Source: a virus
IMG/VR virus record: IMGVR_UViG_3300025466_000023
Coordinates: 1 to 64,000 of that record
Length of the DNA: 64,000 nucleotides
Reading direction: 5' to 3' (one strand)
Made by a program: the position numbers and the translations under genes. Below are positions 38,899-47,582 of this stretch, in pieces. The notes under the pieces were generated by a model. That model was not told the origin of the DNA and made no database searches. It saw only the letters and a program-made list of their open reading frames with translations. Within the stretch, counting starts at the first letter, position 1. Every line of letters starts with the position of its first letter.

Positions 38899-39714
38899 AT
38901 GGAACAATACAAACACGAAAACAACCCCTTCTTCAACGACACCTATTCGGATGTCAACACATTTAAAATATCGGGCACCCCTTTAGAAGTAATCCAAAGT
39001 CTGGCTTATGTTAGAGCCATGGGCGGGGGCCACGTTAGGATTGGTATGGGCTTGCTCAATGCCAAAAGCATCTACTATGCAGGAGTAGCGGCCAAACCAG
39101 AATGGCGAGGACGTCTAAACCAAGAAGACCTAGAGATCATCCAGAAGCTGACCCAGAATCAAAAATGGATCAAAAGCGTCGAGCCCTGGGCGGGCGAGAT
39201 CGTTACCTACGACCTGGACAAGGTTGACTATACTGTGGACAAGGACAATGTGTTTAACATGCACCCTATGGACCGCTTTGGTAAAGTTCTAAAGATACAT
39301 TGGACCCAATGGCAACAGGCTCGCTTTAAAAGCTGGCTAGACATTCCTGCTAACGTGGGGCGCCCACAGGGCAAGGCCATAGTATTGTGTGGCGGCAACT
39401 GGAATTCCAATCCTCAGTATGCGCTATGGGCACAGCAAAACATAGGGCAAGTATCAACATTCGTGGGTACCCAATCAGAATTCGACAGCTTTACCAAAAC
39501 CACAGGCATCAAGTGCTCCAAGGTCATTACCAAAGACGTATGGACCCTGGCCACATGGGTTTCGGGCGCACAACAGGTCATTGGTACTCCAGGTTGGGGT
39601 ATCGCAGTAGCACAGGCCTGCAACAAACCCTATGCTGTACAAAAGATCGACAACGTAGACACATGGAATGATCCATGGCTACTAGCTGAGCGCGGCAACA
39701 ACTCAGCATTTTAA
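38899..39714 (+). CDS. GT9-like glycosyltransferase-fold protein (divergent)
   Basis: Aligns by eye with 58248..59072 (xxGGG, QxxI, FVGT, AxAQ); TAAATA-N5-ATG at 38899. Confidence 0.6.
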   Translation: MEQYKHENNPFFNDTYSDVNTFKISGTPLEVIQSLAYVRAMGGGHVRIGMGLLNAKSIYYAGVAAKPEWRGRLNQEDLEIIQKLTQNQKWIKSVEPWAGEIVTYDLDKVDYTVDKDNVFNMHPMDRFGKVLKIHWTQWQQARFKSWLDIPANVGRPQGKAIVLCGGNWNSNPQYALWAQQNIGQVSTFVGTQSEFDSFTKTTGIKCSKVITKDVWTLATWVSGAQQVIGTPGWGIAVAQACNKPYAVQKIDNVDTWNDPWLLAERGNNSAF

Positions 39715-39725
39715 AGGAGCCTACT

Positions 39726-39953
39726 ATGGCATCAGGACTACAAAAACTCAAGCATCACGTGTTGTTGTTAAAAAACAAGCATGAAAAGCTGGGCAAAGAA
39801 TTGGCTCGTGAATCAAGCGAGCTAGCACCCGACGACCACAAGATCGATTTGATCAAACAGGCCCAGGGTCGCATTGAACAGCAGATCGTCATGCTGGAAA
39901 GTCGTATCAACAACGCAGTCAATGTCAAGAAACCAGATATCATGCAACCATGA
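39726..39953 (+). CDS. Small coiled-coil protein (DUF465-like)
   Basis: LKNKHEKLGKEL...PDDHKIDLIK; AAGGAG SD. Confidence 0.55.
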   Translation: MASGLQKLKHHVLLLKNKHEKLGKELARESSELAPDDHKIDLIKQAQGRIEQQIVMLESRINNAVNVKKPDIMQP

Positions 39954-40540
39954 TCATCAATATTCGACGAGAGCCCATACGCTATATCGAAATCAATGAC
40001 TTCCTAGACCAGCCCACTCTGGATCGTTGGTTAGCAACGCTAGATCGCATGACTTGCCAAGCAGGTGACGTCACTGACCCACAGGGCCAAAGCAGAGTTA
40101 ATTCTATCAAGAAAAACAAAAATGCTTGGCTAACTCCGCCAAATGATCTAGGGCTAGAGTTTAGAGATCGCTGTTGGTCACAGGCCATCAAGCAGGCCCT
40201 AATAGATATGGATGACTACCTGTTTCTAGCACACAGGCTAGTGGATGAAGGTAGCATGATGTATTCAGTTTACGATCAGGGCGACTACTATCAATGGCAC
40301 AGAGATCGTACTCCCTATTTGACCTACAATTTGGTTCTAGAAGCCGCTAAACAGGGTGGTGAATTTGAGCTTAGTACCAGTATTCAAGAACCCCATTCAG
40401 CTACAGAAACTCTAGCCAATACGTCAAACACACTGATAATATTTCCCAGCTTCCTAGTGCATCAAGTCAAGCCCGTAGTTGAGGGACAGCGCAAGACACT
40501 ACAGTACTTTCAAAACTCCACTAGAACTTTTAGTCAATGA
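39950..40540 (+). CDS. 2OG-Fe(II) oxygenase (prolyl-hydroxylase-like)
   Basis: YQWHRD, GGEF, IIFPSFLVHQVKPV..GQR. Confidence 0.88.
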   Translation: MIINIRREPIRYIEINDFLDQPTLDRWLATLDRMTCQAGDVTDPQGQSRVNSIKKNKNAWLTPPNDLGLEFRDRCWSQAIKQALIDMDDYLFLAHRLVDEGSMMYSVYDQGDYYQWHRDRTPYLTYNLVLEAAKQGGEFELSTSIQEPHSATETLANTSNTLIIFPSFLVHQVKPVVEGQRKTLQYFQNSTRTFSQ

Positions 40541-40541
40541 A

Positions 40542-41063
40542 ATGTTGCCCTATTTTAAAAAGCTATCACCGGGCTGGTTAAATCTCAGAGGATTTGAGTG
40601 GGAACAGCGCAAGGGCGAAATGGCAATAGAACTGGGCAAGGATCCGGTTTATCTACGCTACTATCGAATCAAAGACTATCCAGAATTTTGGACTAGATTC
40701 CGTTTTCAAGGGCCCAAACCAGCTAGCATATATCTATGCGAAACCACGGGCACGGGCTATCAGGGCATACATCAAGACATAAACACAGGCACTACCCTAA
40801 ACTATTATATTGACTGTGCGGGGGATCCCACACGTTTTTATCGATACACGGGCCAACTGCCCGAAGAGCCCACTGAACACAATATTGACCCCGAATTGAT
40901 ACAGCAGGTAGCTGAATTCATAGCACAGCCTAAAGACAGCTATTTGTTAAATGTGCAAGAGTGGCATGATGTAGTCAAGGCCAGCATCTTACCCAGAAAA
41001 TTCATACAGTGGAATTGGACCGAACAGTTTGATCTAGTTAGACTTACTCTACTGAATAACTAG
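40542..41063 (+). CDS. Putative cupin/2OG-type oxygenase
   Basis: GIHQD...LNYYI...YLLNVQEWHDV...R; start reassigned to ATG 40542. Confidence 0.55.
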   Translation: MLPYFKKLSPGWLNLRGFEWEQRKGEMAIELGKDPVYLRYYRIKDYPEFWTRFRFQGPKPASIYLCETTGTGYQGIHQDINTGTTLNYYIDCAGDPTRFYRYTGQLPEEPTEHNIDPELIQQVAEFIAQPKDSYLLNVQEWHDVVKASILPRKFIQWNWTEQFDLVRLTLLNN

Positions 41064-41068
41064 AACTT

Positions 41069-41290
41069 TTAGTCAACCCAAGCTTCTCGCTTGACCCGCC
41101 CTACCCAATCCATCCAACGCAGTGCAAACATGGTGTTGTAAGGCCAACGGCTGTCTAAGACCACTGTAACATCACCAAAAGCATTGAACTTGATATAGCC
41201 TCCTTCGGCCTGTACTTCGGCCCAGATATCTTCTGAAGGCGCATCAGGCCATAGTGTATACTCTATGATATAGTGAGTTGGTTTTACCAT
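41069..41290 (-). CDS. Hypothetical protein (73 aa, MVKPTHY...)
   Basis: TAAATA-N5-ATG start; ends FALRW, similar to the FLLRW end of 56573..56833. Confidence 0.55.
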   Translation of the reverse strand: MVKPTHYIIEYTLWPDAPSEDIWAEVQAEGGYIKFNAFGDVTVVLDSRWPYNTMFALRWMDWVGRVKREAWVD

Positions 41291-41361
41291 ACAGGTATTT
41301 ACTGTTGTTTTTATTTCGATTTGTGTTATAATAGCAGTTAAGTATAAAAAGGAATTGAGCA

Positions 41362-42093
41362 ATGACAGCAGTAAAAGGAAGAAAACAATTAACCTATTTG
41401 GAAAGAACCAAACTGTTTAGATCTCAGCCACGCGAAATTAGGTTCTATGACTGTGAGCTGATCAACAAATACATCAATTTAATAGAAAGTTTCAGCAAAG
41501 ACGACTATCAGCTTTACGAACGTCTACTGCACAGTTACAAACGTGTACAACCCATGTTGAAATACTGTGGTCATAGAGGTATACAGGGTCCAGCACTAGA
41601 ACTAGCCAATATCAGAAGCCAAGATCTAAAACTACATCAAAAACTACTACAAGTCTTGAGAAACAGATGGACTGATACCTATAGAGTGCAACAACAAAAG
41701 GTCAACGCAACTCCGCATATTTTTTGGAACAAAATGGCATCGAATATACAACGTCGATGTCAAGTGGAAAATATAGCATTATACCCAGGATGGCAAGGAC
41801 CTACAGGCAAAGAAGTCTTGATAGACTTTTTGATTGAGCAGTTTGAACGTCAAAAAGGTCTTTGTGCTATATCTTGCGATAATATGACTTTAACCATTGG
41901 ACAAAAGCAAAAAAATCAAAACAAGTGCAGTCCTGATAGAAAGAACAGCAACCTAGGCTATACACCTGATAATCTTTGGCTGGTCACTTGGTGGGTAAAC
42001 TGCATGAAGATGGACATGAGTATGTTGACGTTTTGGCGTAGAGTTGATACCCTAGCTGAAAGCAGGCGTCAAAGACTGGGTTTTAAAGAATAG
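41362..42093 (+). CDS. Putative His-Me finger (HNH-like) endonuclease
   Basis: QKGLCAIS...SPDRKNSNLGYTPDNLWLVTWWVNCMK. Confidence 0.7.
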   Translation: MTAVKGRKQLTYLERTKLFRSQPREIRFYDCELINKYINLIESFSKDDYQLYERLLHSYKRVQPMLKYCGHRGIQGPALELANIRSQDLKLHQKLLQVLRNRWTDTYRVQQQKVNATPHIFWNKMASNIQRRCQVENIALYPGWQGPTGKEVLIDFLIEQFERQKGLCAISCDNMTLTIGQKQKNQNKCSPDRKNSNLGYTPDNLWLVTWWVNCMKMDMSMLTFWRRVDTLAESRRQRLGFKE

Positions 42094-42124
42094 GTTTTAC
42101 CATGTGTATATTCCAACGATCTTA

Positions 42125-42152
42125 CGCGAAGCGTCGGTTAGCAAATTTTTTG
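42125..42152 (+). repeat. CGCGAAGCG-N9-AAATTTTTTG element, copy 1
   Basis: The same bipartite motif with the same spacing occurs inverted at 57173-57200. Confidence 0.7.
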
Positions 42153-42268
42153 CTCGATAGAGAAGCAGGAACCAAAAAAAGACCTGCTATACACTAGGAT
42201 ATAGTCAGGCCCTTCTGTCTCTTCAGCGAGCAGAGTCGCTGAAAAGACCGACTGCTATTAAAAACCCT

Positions 42269-43714
42269 TTAAAAATGCACGGGTCCTTGGAACCAACCCA
42301 CTAGACTCTTGCGCACACCACGAGTCACGGGAGTAACTGCATGCAACATCCAACTAGGAAACACAGTAATAGATCCCCGAGTTTTGGGTGCTGAGATGGG
42401 CTCAGGTTCTCCACTATATAGCACTAGATCTCCACCTTCATATTCACTAGGATCACTAAGTTGTATAGTAAAGCTGAGCTTGCGCATGCCCGCATCTCCT
42501 GCTCCCCAATCATAGTGCGGAGTATAGTGCCCACCCCGATCTTCAGTATAGATGCTGTACTGCAGGGGTTCAAGATGCTGTATATCATAATGGAACATGT
42601 TGTTGTTAGCTATAGCTACTGCTTCCCACAAGCGTCGATACAACCAAGCACTAGCTTCTGTGCCCTGTATCCAGCCCACATCTGTTACTCGTATTTGGGG
42701 ATTGACAAATCCTTCTACTGCTGTGGATATTTTGGCGGGCGTTATGCCTCTAGAGTCTATGAGCCCAGGTAAGCTAGCTATTTCTTCAGGTGTAAGGAAA
42801 TCATCTAAGGCCGCCCATACACGATCCATTACCAACAGAGCGTGATCACAGGGCTCACGATGCCCACAACTAGTGCAAGCGGGCATGTGTAGTACAGGTG
42901 TTGCAGGAGAGGCCAAGTCAACAGGCGCTGATCCAGCACCTACTGTATATCTATTGCGAGCTTCGGGCGGTGCATGGGTAGTGGCTTCAACTGCTCTATC
43001 AATGGTCAGCAAGCTGGGTTTACTATTATTAGTAGGTGTATTGGGTATTTCGGGTATACCGCGTGAATGATGAGCACGAGTGGGTGCTATGGGCTTGTCA
43101 TAATCAATACTATCGGGCGTACGATTACCAAAGGATGACGCATAAAATCCCACAGGTAGTCGTGATTCGGCCATGGTGTAGATAGCTGACGCTTTAGGTG
43201 ATGTTGTCAGCTGGCTAGGATCAAATTCAGAGTCTATACGTGCCGCGGCTGATTGAAACCAACTGTCAGTAAAGCTGATGCCATAGTCTAGTGGGCCAAT
43301 ACCGGGCGAATACTTAGAGTTAGCTGATGCAAGACTCCAGTCAACTGAGTATGGCTTAACAACATGTCCACGTGCTTGAGTAGCTTCTCTATGAGTTCTA
43401 GTGGTATACAAGGGATTGGGCGGTGTAAACTGAGTAAAGTTAAATTTGGGTTTCCAATCTGCGGTAAACTCATAGTTGTCAAATCCCTGCTCAACTAGTT
43501 CAGGATTAGAGTATTTGAAACTCTTGATAGGATGGAATTCATCTTGTACTGGACGCTCTAGCCCTGTAGAATGATCTATAGCAGGAGGAACATGCGAGTC
43601 AGGTATAGTGCTAGAAACAAAGGAGTCATACTTATCGGAGTGCTTGAAATAGGGCACTGACTCAGTTAATGCTGGCTGTGTTGCGTAGGGTTTATTATTA
43701 GTCTGTTTAGTCAT
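42269..43714 (-). CDS. 2OG-Fe(II) oxygenase (PKHD/P4H-like) with long N-terminal extension
   Basis: C-terminus LQYSIY...HYTPHYD...RKLSFTIQLSDPSEYEGGDL...FPSWMLHAVTPVTRGVRKSLVGW. Confidence 0.88.
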   Translation of the reverse strand: MTKQTNNKPYATQPALTESVPYFKHSDKYDSFVSSTIPDSHVPPAIDHSTGLERPVQDEFHPIKSFKYSNPELVEQGFDNYEFTADWKPKFNFTQFTPPNPLYTTRTHREATQARGHVVKPYSVDWSLASANSKYSPGIGPLDYGISFTDSWFQSAAARIDSEFDPSQLTTSPKASAIYTMAESRLPVGFYASSFGNRTPDSIDYDKPIAPTRAHHSRGIPEIPNTPTNNSKPSLLTIDRAVEATTHAPPEARNRYTVGAGSAPVDLASPATPVLHMPACTSCGHREPCDHALLVMDRVWAALDDFLTPEEIASLPGLIDSRGITPAKISTAVEGFVNPQIRVTDVGWIQGTEASAWLYRRLWEAVAIANNNMFHYDIQHLEPLQYSIYTEDRGGHYTPHYDWGAGDAGMRKLSFTIQLSDPSEYEGGDLVLYSGEPEPISAPKTRGSITVFPSWMLHAVTPVTRGVRKSLVGWFQGPVHF

Positions 43715-43894
43715 AGTAATATTTACGCCAGCAGAAGCCGGATGAGAATTATTGTGACTATATTGCGACTACATGAGTACTGTATAAGCGACTGTGATCC
43801 CTAGGGCGACTGCTCAGTAAACCTGCGTCCAACAACTAACAAGTATAGTATATAATACCCCGCTGTAGAGGTCAACCTAATAGAGCAGAAAGCA

Positions 43895-44000
43895 AAATTT
43901 ACTTTGTTATTGGCTAGAAATTTACTTTGTTATTGTGGGAGATCGTGTGGGGGGCATTGTGGGAAGAACTGTGGGAGCACTATGGGAGCACTATGGGAAG
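43895..44000 (+). repeat. Non-coding direct repeats at the strand-switch point
   Basis: 18-bp aaatttactttgttattg at 43895 and 43918, then about 6 copies of a TGGG(A/G) unit at 11-12-bp period (ctgtgggagca ctatgggagca ctatgggaag). Confidence 0.8.
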
Positions 44001-44182
44001 AGTAGAAAAAGTATTTCTTGCATAGCCTGTCACCCCAACCACCCCTAGAAAATTTTTAGCCTATATTTTCAAATTTTTACCAATTTTCCCCACCCATTTG
44101 GCCAGAATTGGCACCGTTTTGGCCACCAAATCCACCGTTTCTGTGGTTGACAAAACCACTCTACGGCAGTATAATAAATGCT

Positions 44183-44350
44183 ATGAAACAGATAACTCTA
44201 TACCCCGCTGTAATGGTTCTGATAGTATGCTCGGTGTCACTTTTATCAGGATGCGCTCAAGTGACTCCGGGTGCGGAGCCTGTTCAATATATAAACACGC
44301 CCTGGGGATGGGGAGGTAAGTACTGTCATGACAATCCCCAACGGTGCTAA
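44183..44350 (+). CDS. Small lipoprotein (55 aa)
   Basis: MKQITLYPAVMVLIVCSVSLLSG-C lipobox; ATG 7 nt after the TATAAT of promoter 44147. Confidence 0.65.
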   Translation: MKQITLYPAVMVLIVCSVSLLSGCAQVTPGAEPVQYINTPWGWGGKYCHDNPQRC

Positions 44351-44387
44351 AATCAATCAAACTTATATAGTAGGAGTCACGGATATT

Positions 44388-44525
44388 ATGCAAACATATG
44401 ATCTTTGGGTAGTGATAGATGGCAGAGATACTCACATCACTATACAGGCCAAGGACAGCCTACAGGCTCGCAGTATAGGGGAACAGTTGTATGGTCGCGT
44501 ATATGGATGTACGCTACTGAGTTAA
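44388..44525 (+). CDS. Hypothetical small protein (45 aa)
   Basis: AGGAG SD upstream of ATG 44388. Confidence 0.5.
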   Translation: MQTYDLWVVIDGRDTHITIQAKDSLQARSIGEQLYGRVYGCTLLS

Positions 44526-44537
44526 TAAAGGACTATT

Positions 44538-45608
44538 ATGAGTGAACAAGAGCAAATAAACCCCGCTGTAGAGCCCCAATCAAAAGGTAAGATTGGCATT
44601 ATACAGAGCCGTGGCATTGGTGATATCGTGATCGCCCTGCCCATAGCACGTGAATACTATCGGGAAGGCTATGCCGTATACTGGCCCATCTGTGAGGAAT
44701 TCGTAAGCCATTTTGAGGACACAGTGCCTTGGATCACGTGGATGGCCGTGGAAACTGACCCGCAGGGCTTGTTCTTCCTAGACACTCCCTTACAAGCACT
44801 TGAATCAGTTGGCATTACCAGCGAGGACGATATACTGTATCTCTATCAGTACTTGAGTAGTGTACCCGAGCGCACTGATCCCGACTTGTTTGCCATGATG
44901 AAGTTTGATCAGTACAAGTATGCCAAAGCTGGGGTAGCCTTCGCTAAGAAGTGGGAGTTATCAGAGTGTATAACTCGTGATCCTGCTCGTGAACAAGCTC
45001 TATACGATCGGTTGGTTAAGAGTGATCGCTACATGGTCTATCAGCAAAAGGCCTCGGATGTAGAGTATCAGATCGATTTAAGCAATATCGAGCCGGGAGT
45101 ACAATGCATCGAGATCACCGAAATCACTGACTCGATCTTTGATTGGCTCAAGATCCTAGAAGGGGCCGAAACGGTTGTCCTAATCGATTCAGTGTTTGCT
45201 AACCTGATCGATCAGCTGAAGATCTGTGGGAATGCTAGCTTGAACTATATGCGCAAATGGAATCGCCGAGTAGATGGCAATCCGGTACTGTTAGGCGATT
45301 GGTCATATATACCAGTGGAAACTCCGCCCGGGGTACAGGTACAGAGCCTAGCTGATGTGGCCAACACAGTACAGCAACAGCAGTCCAGAAACCCCGCTGT
45401 AGGGGCCCCAGCACAGCCCGCACAGCCACCTGCAGGTCCAGGTTATGGATCAGCCGCGACCTATAGCCCATTTGGAGCTACCAAGGGCGGTGTTCCTACC
45501 AGTTTCCTAGGTGCTACTCGCCAGGGACAACAGCAACTGCAGACCAAGGCCGCTCCCAAGCTGAATTCAGCACAGAGTCTGCTGGCAGGACTAGGATTGC
45601 GCCAATAA
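44538..45608 (+). CDS. GT9-like glycosyltransferase with Q/P/A-rich C-terminal tail
   Basis: IGIIQSRGIGDIVIALPIA...; DSIFDWLKILEGAETVVLIDSVFANL. Confidence 0.7.
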   Translation: MSEQEQINPAVEPQSKGKIGIIQSRGIGDIVIALPIAREYYREGYAVYWPICEEFVSHFEDTVPWITWMAVETDPQGLFFLDTPLQALESVGITSEDDILYLYQYLSSVPERTDPDLFAMMKFDQYKYAKAGVAFAKKWELSECITRDPAREQALYDRLVKSDRYMVYQQKASDVEYQIDLSNIEPGVQCIEITEITDSIFDWLKILEGAETVVLIDSVFANLIDQLKICGNASLNYMRKWNRRVDGNPVLLGDWSYIPVETPPGVQVQSLADVANTVQQQQSRNPAVGAPAQPAQPPAGPGYGSAATYSPFGATKGGVPTSFLGATRQGQQQLQTKAAPKLNSAQSLLAGLGLRQ

Positions 45609-45629
45609 AGGCAGTATAATAGTTACTAA

Positions 45630-45706
45630 GGGCCGTTAGCTCATTTGGTTAGAGCAGAGGACTCATAATCCTTTGGTGGTGTGTTCGAATCACACACGGC
45701 CCACCA
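45630..45706 (+). tRNA. tRNA with CAT anticodon, probably tRNA-Ile2 (elongator Met not excluded)
   Basis: Acceptor GGGCCGT/ACGGCCC, loop CTCATAA, TTCGAAT, encoded ACCA; G1-C72 paired (not initiator); C4-G69 and C5-G68 match TilS determinants. Confidence 0.93.
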
Positions 45707-45710
45707 GTAA

Positions 45711-45910
45711 ACCGTAACGTGAGTTGAAATGGAGTTCCGGGATCACCGGCTGACACGGGGGATCTTTGGCAACGCCAATAAGTTGGTAAATGAGCCTAGC
45801 TCGAGAACATGTTGTGAAACATCTAACCTAACACACGTGAAGGGTCCGCCGACGTCAGCGGATGCAGACTCTGCATAGCACATGGGGCTATGTGAGGAGT
45901 GACCCACGGT
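45711..45910 (+). ncRNA. Candidate structured ncRNA downstream of the CAT tRNA
   Basis: Closing accgt/acggt; helices ccgg/ccgg, ttggc/gccaa, gagc/gctc, atgtt/aacat, gggtc/gaccc, ccgc/gcgg, tgcag/ctgca, catagc/gctatg. Confidence 0.5.
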
Positions 45911-45945
45911 GCCCAGCCAAACATGCTAGAGCTGGGCGACTTTTC
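45911..45945 (+). terminator. Hairpin, probable terminator between convergent units
   Basis: gcccagc...gctgggc followed by gactttt. Confidence 0.5.
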
Positions 45946-45946
45946 C

Positions 45947-46123
45947 CTATGCGTCTACAGTTATTACGTCCACGTCCACATCCACATCCTCTCCCTCATA
46001 GTCCGTTTGTATTTGCACAATATGTGCATCGGCTAGCTCGCGTGTGCTAAAAGCGGCTACATTGTACATAGCGTCCTCGTCATCACCCCATCCGCGTACT
46101 TGTACTATATAAACTTTTTGCAT
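45947..46123 (-). CDS. Small acidic early protein (58 aa, MQKVYIV...)
   Basis: Own promoter (46179-46151) and AAGGAG SD. Confidence 0.7.
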   Translation of the reverse strand: MQKVYIVQVRGWGDDEDAMYNVAAFSTRELADAHIVQIQTDYEGEDVDVDVDVITVDA

Positions 46124-46279
46124 GTCTGCTCCTTTAGTGTTTAAGCGTGTAGTATAACACAAAACAAAAGCCCTGTCAAGTGTAGGGTCTTTGTGGCGTC
46201 TTTACACAACTTTACAATTAAACTGTTGACAAACGGTAAAACCGGCAGTATAATAGAGACATAGTAAGAAGGAAAACAA

Positions 46280-46462
46280 ATGAAAATGACACTAAAAGAA
46301 TTCGAAGCAAAGATGGACAACTATGAGCTGGAAGATGCTTATGCAGAGTATATAATGGACAACTGTGGGGGACGTTATGTTGTATGTAACGGAGACACAC
46401 TAATCAACGCAATGGAAAGTGGAATCTTTTACGAGGAGTTTATGGAAACAATGGTTGAGTAA
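46280..46462 (+). CDS. Small acidic early protein
   Basis: Promoter 46226 and AAGGA SD. Confidence 0.7.
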   Translation: MKMTLKEFEAKMDNYELEDAYAEYIMDNCGGRYVVCNGDTLINAMESGIFYEEFMETMVE

Positions 46463-46542
46463 ACTGTAGGGTTATTATAGCAAGCGGTTGACAAATGGTT
46501 TAACCGATCGTATAATAAAGACTTAGCAACAAAGGAGCACAT

Positions 46543-46614
46543 ATGGAATGTACACATTGTCGCAAGTGGCGCTGGAATGGATTTAAGAGCTGTCCTACAG
46601 CACCAAAGTCCTAG
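46543..46614 (+). CDS. 23-aa microprotein MECTHCRKWRWNGFKSCPTAPKS
   Basis: Dedicated promoter 46488 and AAGGAG SD; below the ORF-track cutoff. Confidence 0.6.
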   Translation: MECTHCRKWRWNGFKSCPTAPKS

Positions 46615-46683
46615 TAAAAAGAAAGGGTATTATAGCCCGGGGTTGACAAATGGTTAAACCGGTGCTATAATAAAGACATAGAC

Positions 46684-46876
46684 AGTTAGAAAAGCATTAA
46701 AGGTTACCTACACCACTAGGCGCCTAGAGAGATGGAAGCGTACCGACGGGTACCTGGTATCTAGGGCATGAAGGCTTCGAGCAACGGTGGATAAGGCAGG
46801 CAGTAATGACGAAGGCACTAGCACTATAGACGGTATAGAGCAAGTAGTCCGGAGTTCCTTTAGTTCTTTTCTAACT
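46684..46876 (+). ncRNA. Candidate ~190-nt structured ncRNA
   Basis: Starts just after promoter 46643 with no SD/ATG leader; ends pair (agttagaaaag/cttttctaact, taaagg/ccttta); internal helices ctaga/tctag, gtacc/ggtac, ctata/tatag. Confidence 0.65.
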
Positions 46877-46951
46877 AGCTAGTTACAGGGTGTTGGCCTG
46901 AGGGCTGAACATTAAACGAGGTGCTCGCTCAGCCCGCCCAATCTAATTCAA

Positions 46952-47026
46952 GCCGTGGTAGTCCTCGGGGAGGGCAACTGATTGTCTATCAGTATCAGGT
47001 GGGTTCGAGTCCCATCCACGGCGCCA
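46952..47026 (+). tRNA. tRNA-Asp(GTC)
   Basis: GCCGTGG/CCACGGC acceptor, ACTGA-TTGTCTA-TCAGT anticodon arm, GTTCGAGTC, discriminator G plus CCA. Confidence 0.9.
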
Positions 47027-47096
47027 TGTTTTTTTTGGTTGACAAGTGGTAAAACCTGTGTTATACTAATAGCACATTAACACTAAAGGAGCGAAG

Positions 47097-47303
47097 ATGT
47101 CAGGTATATACGATGCAGTTCAAAACCCGATCCCACGCAGTGGATTCTATGCAACTCCAGACAGTCTAGAGGACTTGATGGCTTACATTGGTTCAATGTC
47201 AGGTCCAGAGAGGGCAGTGGCAATGACCGTAGCAATGATGGCTCTCAACCTAAGCTACGAGTTGGTCGAGTCTAAGATCCTAAGCAAGGAGGTATTTGTA
47301 TGA
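47097..47303 (+). CDS. Hypothetical early protein
   Basis: Promoter 47039 plus AAGGAG. Confidence 0.7.
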   Translation: MSGIYDAVQNPIPRSGFYATPDSLEDLMAYIGSMSGPERAVAMTVAMMALNLSYELVESKILSKEVFV

Positions 47304-47524
47304 AAACAATAACAACGCTACGCAATGGCAACTTATACGAGATGTCTATCACAGAAGCTATAGAGATCGTAGAAACCTACAAACGAGTTAACGGTCATCC
47401 TGGGGTCTTAGAAGCGGTCATAGAGATGGGCGACTTGGTTGCCTTAGACGAGCTCCCCACCATCCAGAAGGTGGCCTATCGTAGATTTATGAAGGATATG
47501 CAGGCTTTGTTTGCTCCGGCCTAA
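47300..47524 (+). CDS. Hypothetical early protein
   Basis: AGGAGG SD; ATGA overlap. Confidence 0.7.
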   Translation: MKTITTLRNGNLYEMSITEAIEIVETYKRVNGHPGVLEAVIEMGDLVALDELPTIQKVAYRRFMKDMQALFAPA

Positions 47525-47582
47525 GGGCCTTTAATCCAGGCAGGGAATCAACCGTAAGACCTGGATCTTTTTACACACACAT

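Noticed and set aside
43895-44000. Possible CRISPR array
   Set aside because: Repeats are 11-18 bp with no 25-45-bp unique spacers, and there are no cas genes in the window.
45630-45706. Initiator tRNA-fMet
   Set aside because: The 1-72 pair is G-C and the anticodon stem lacks three consecutive G-C pairs.
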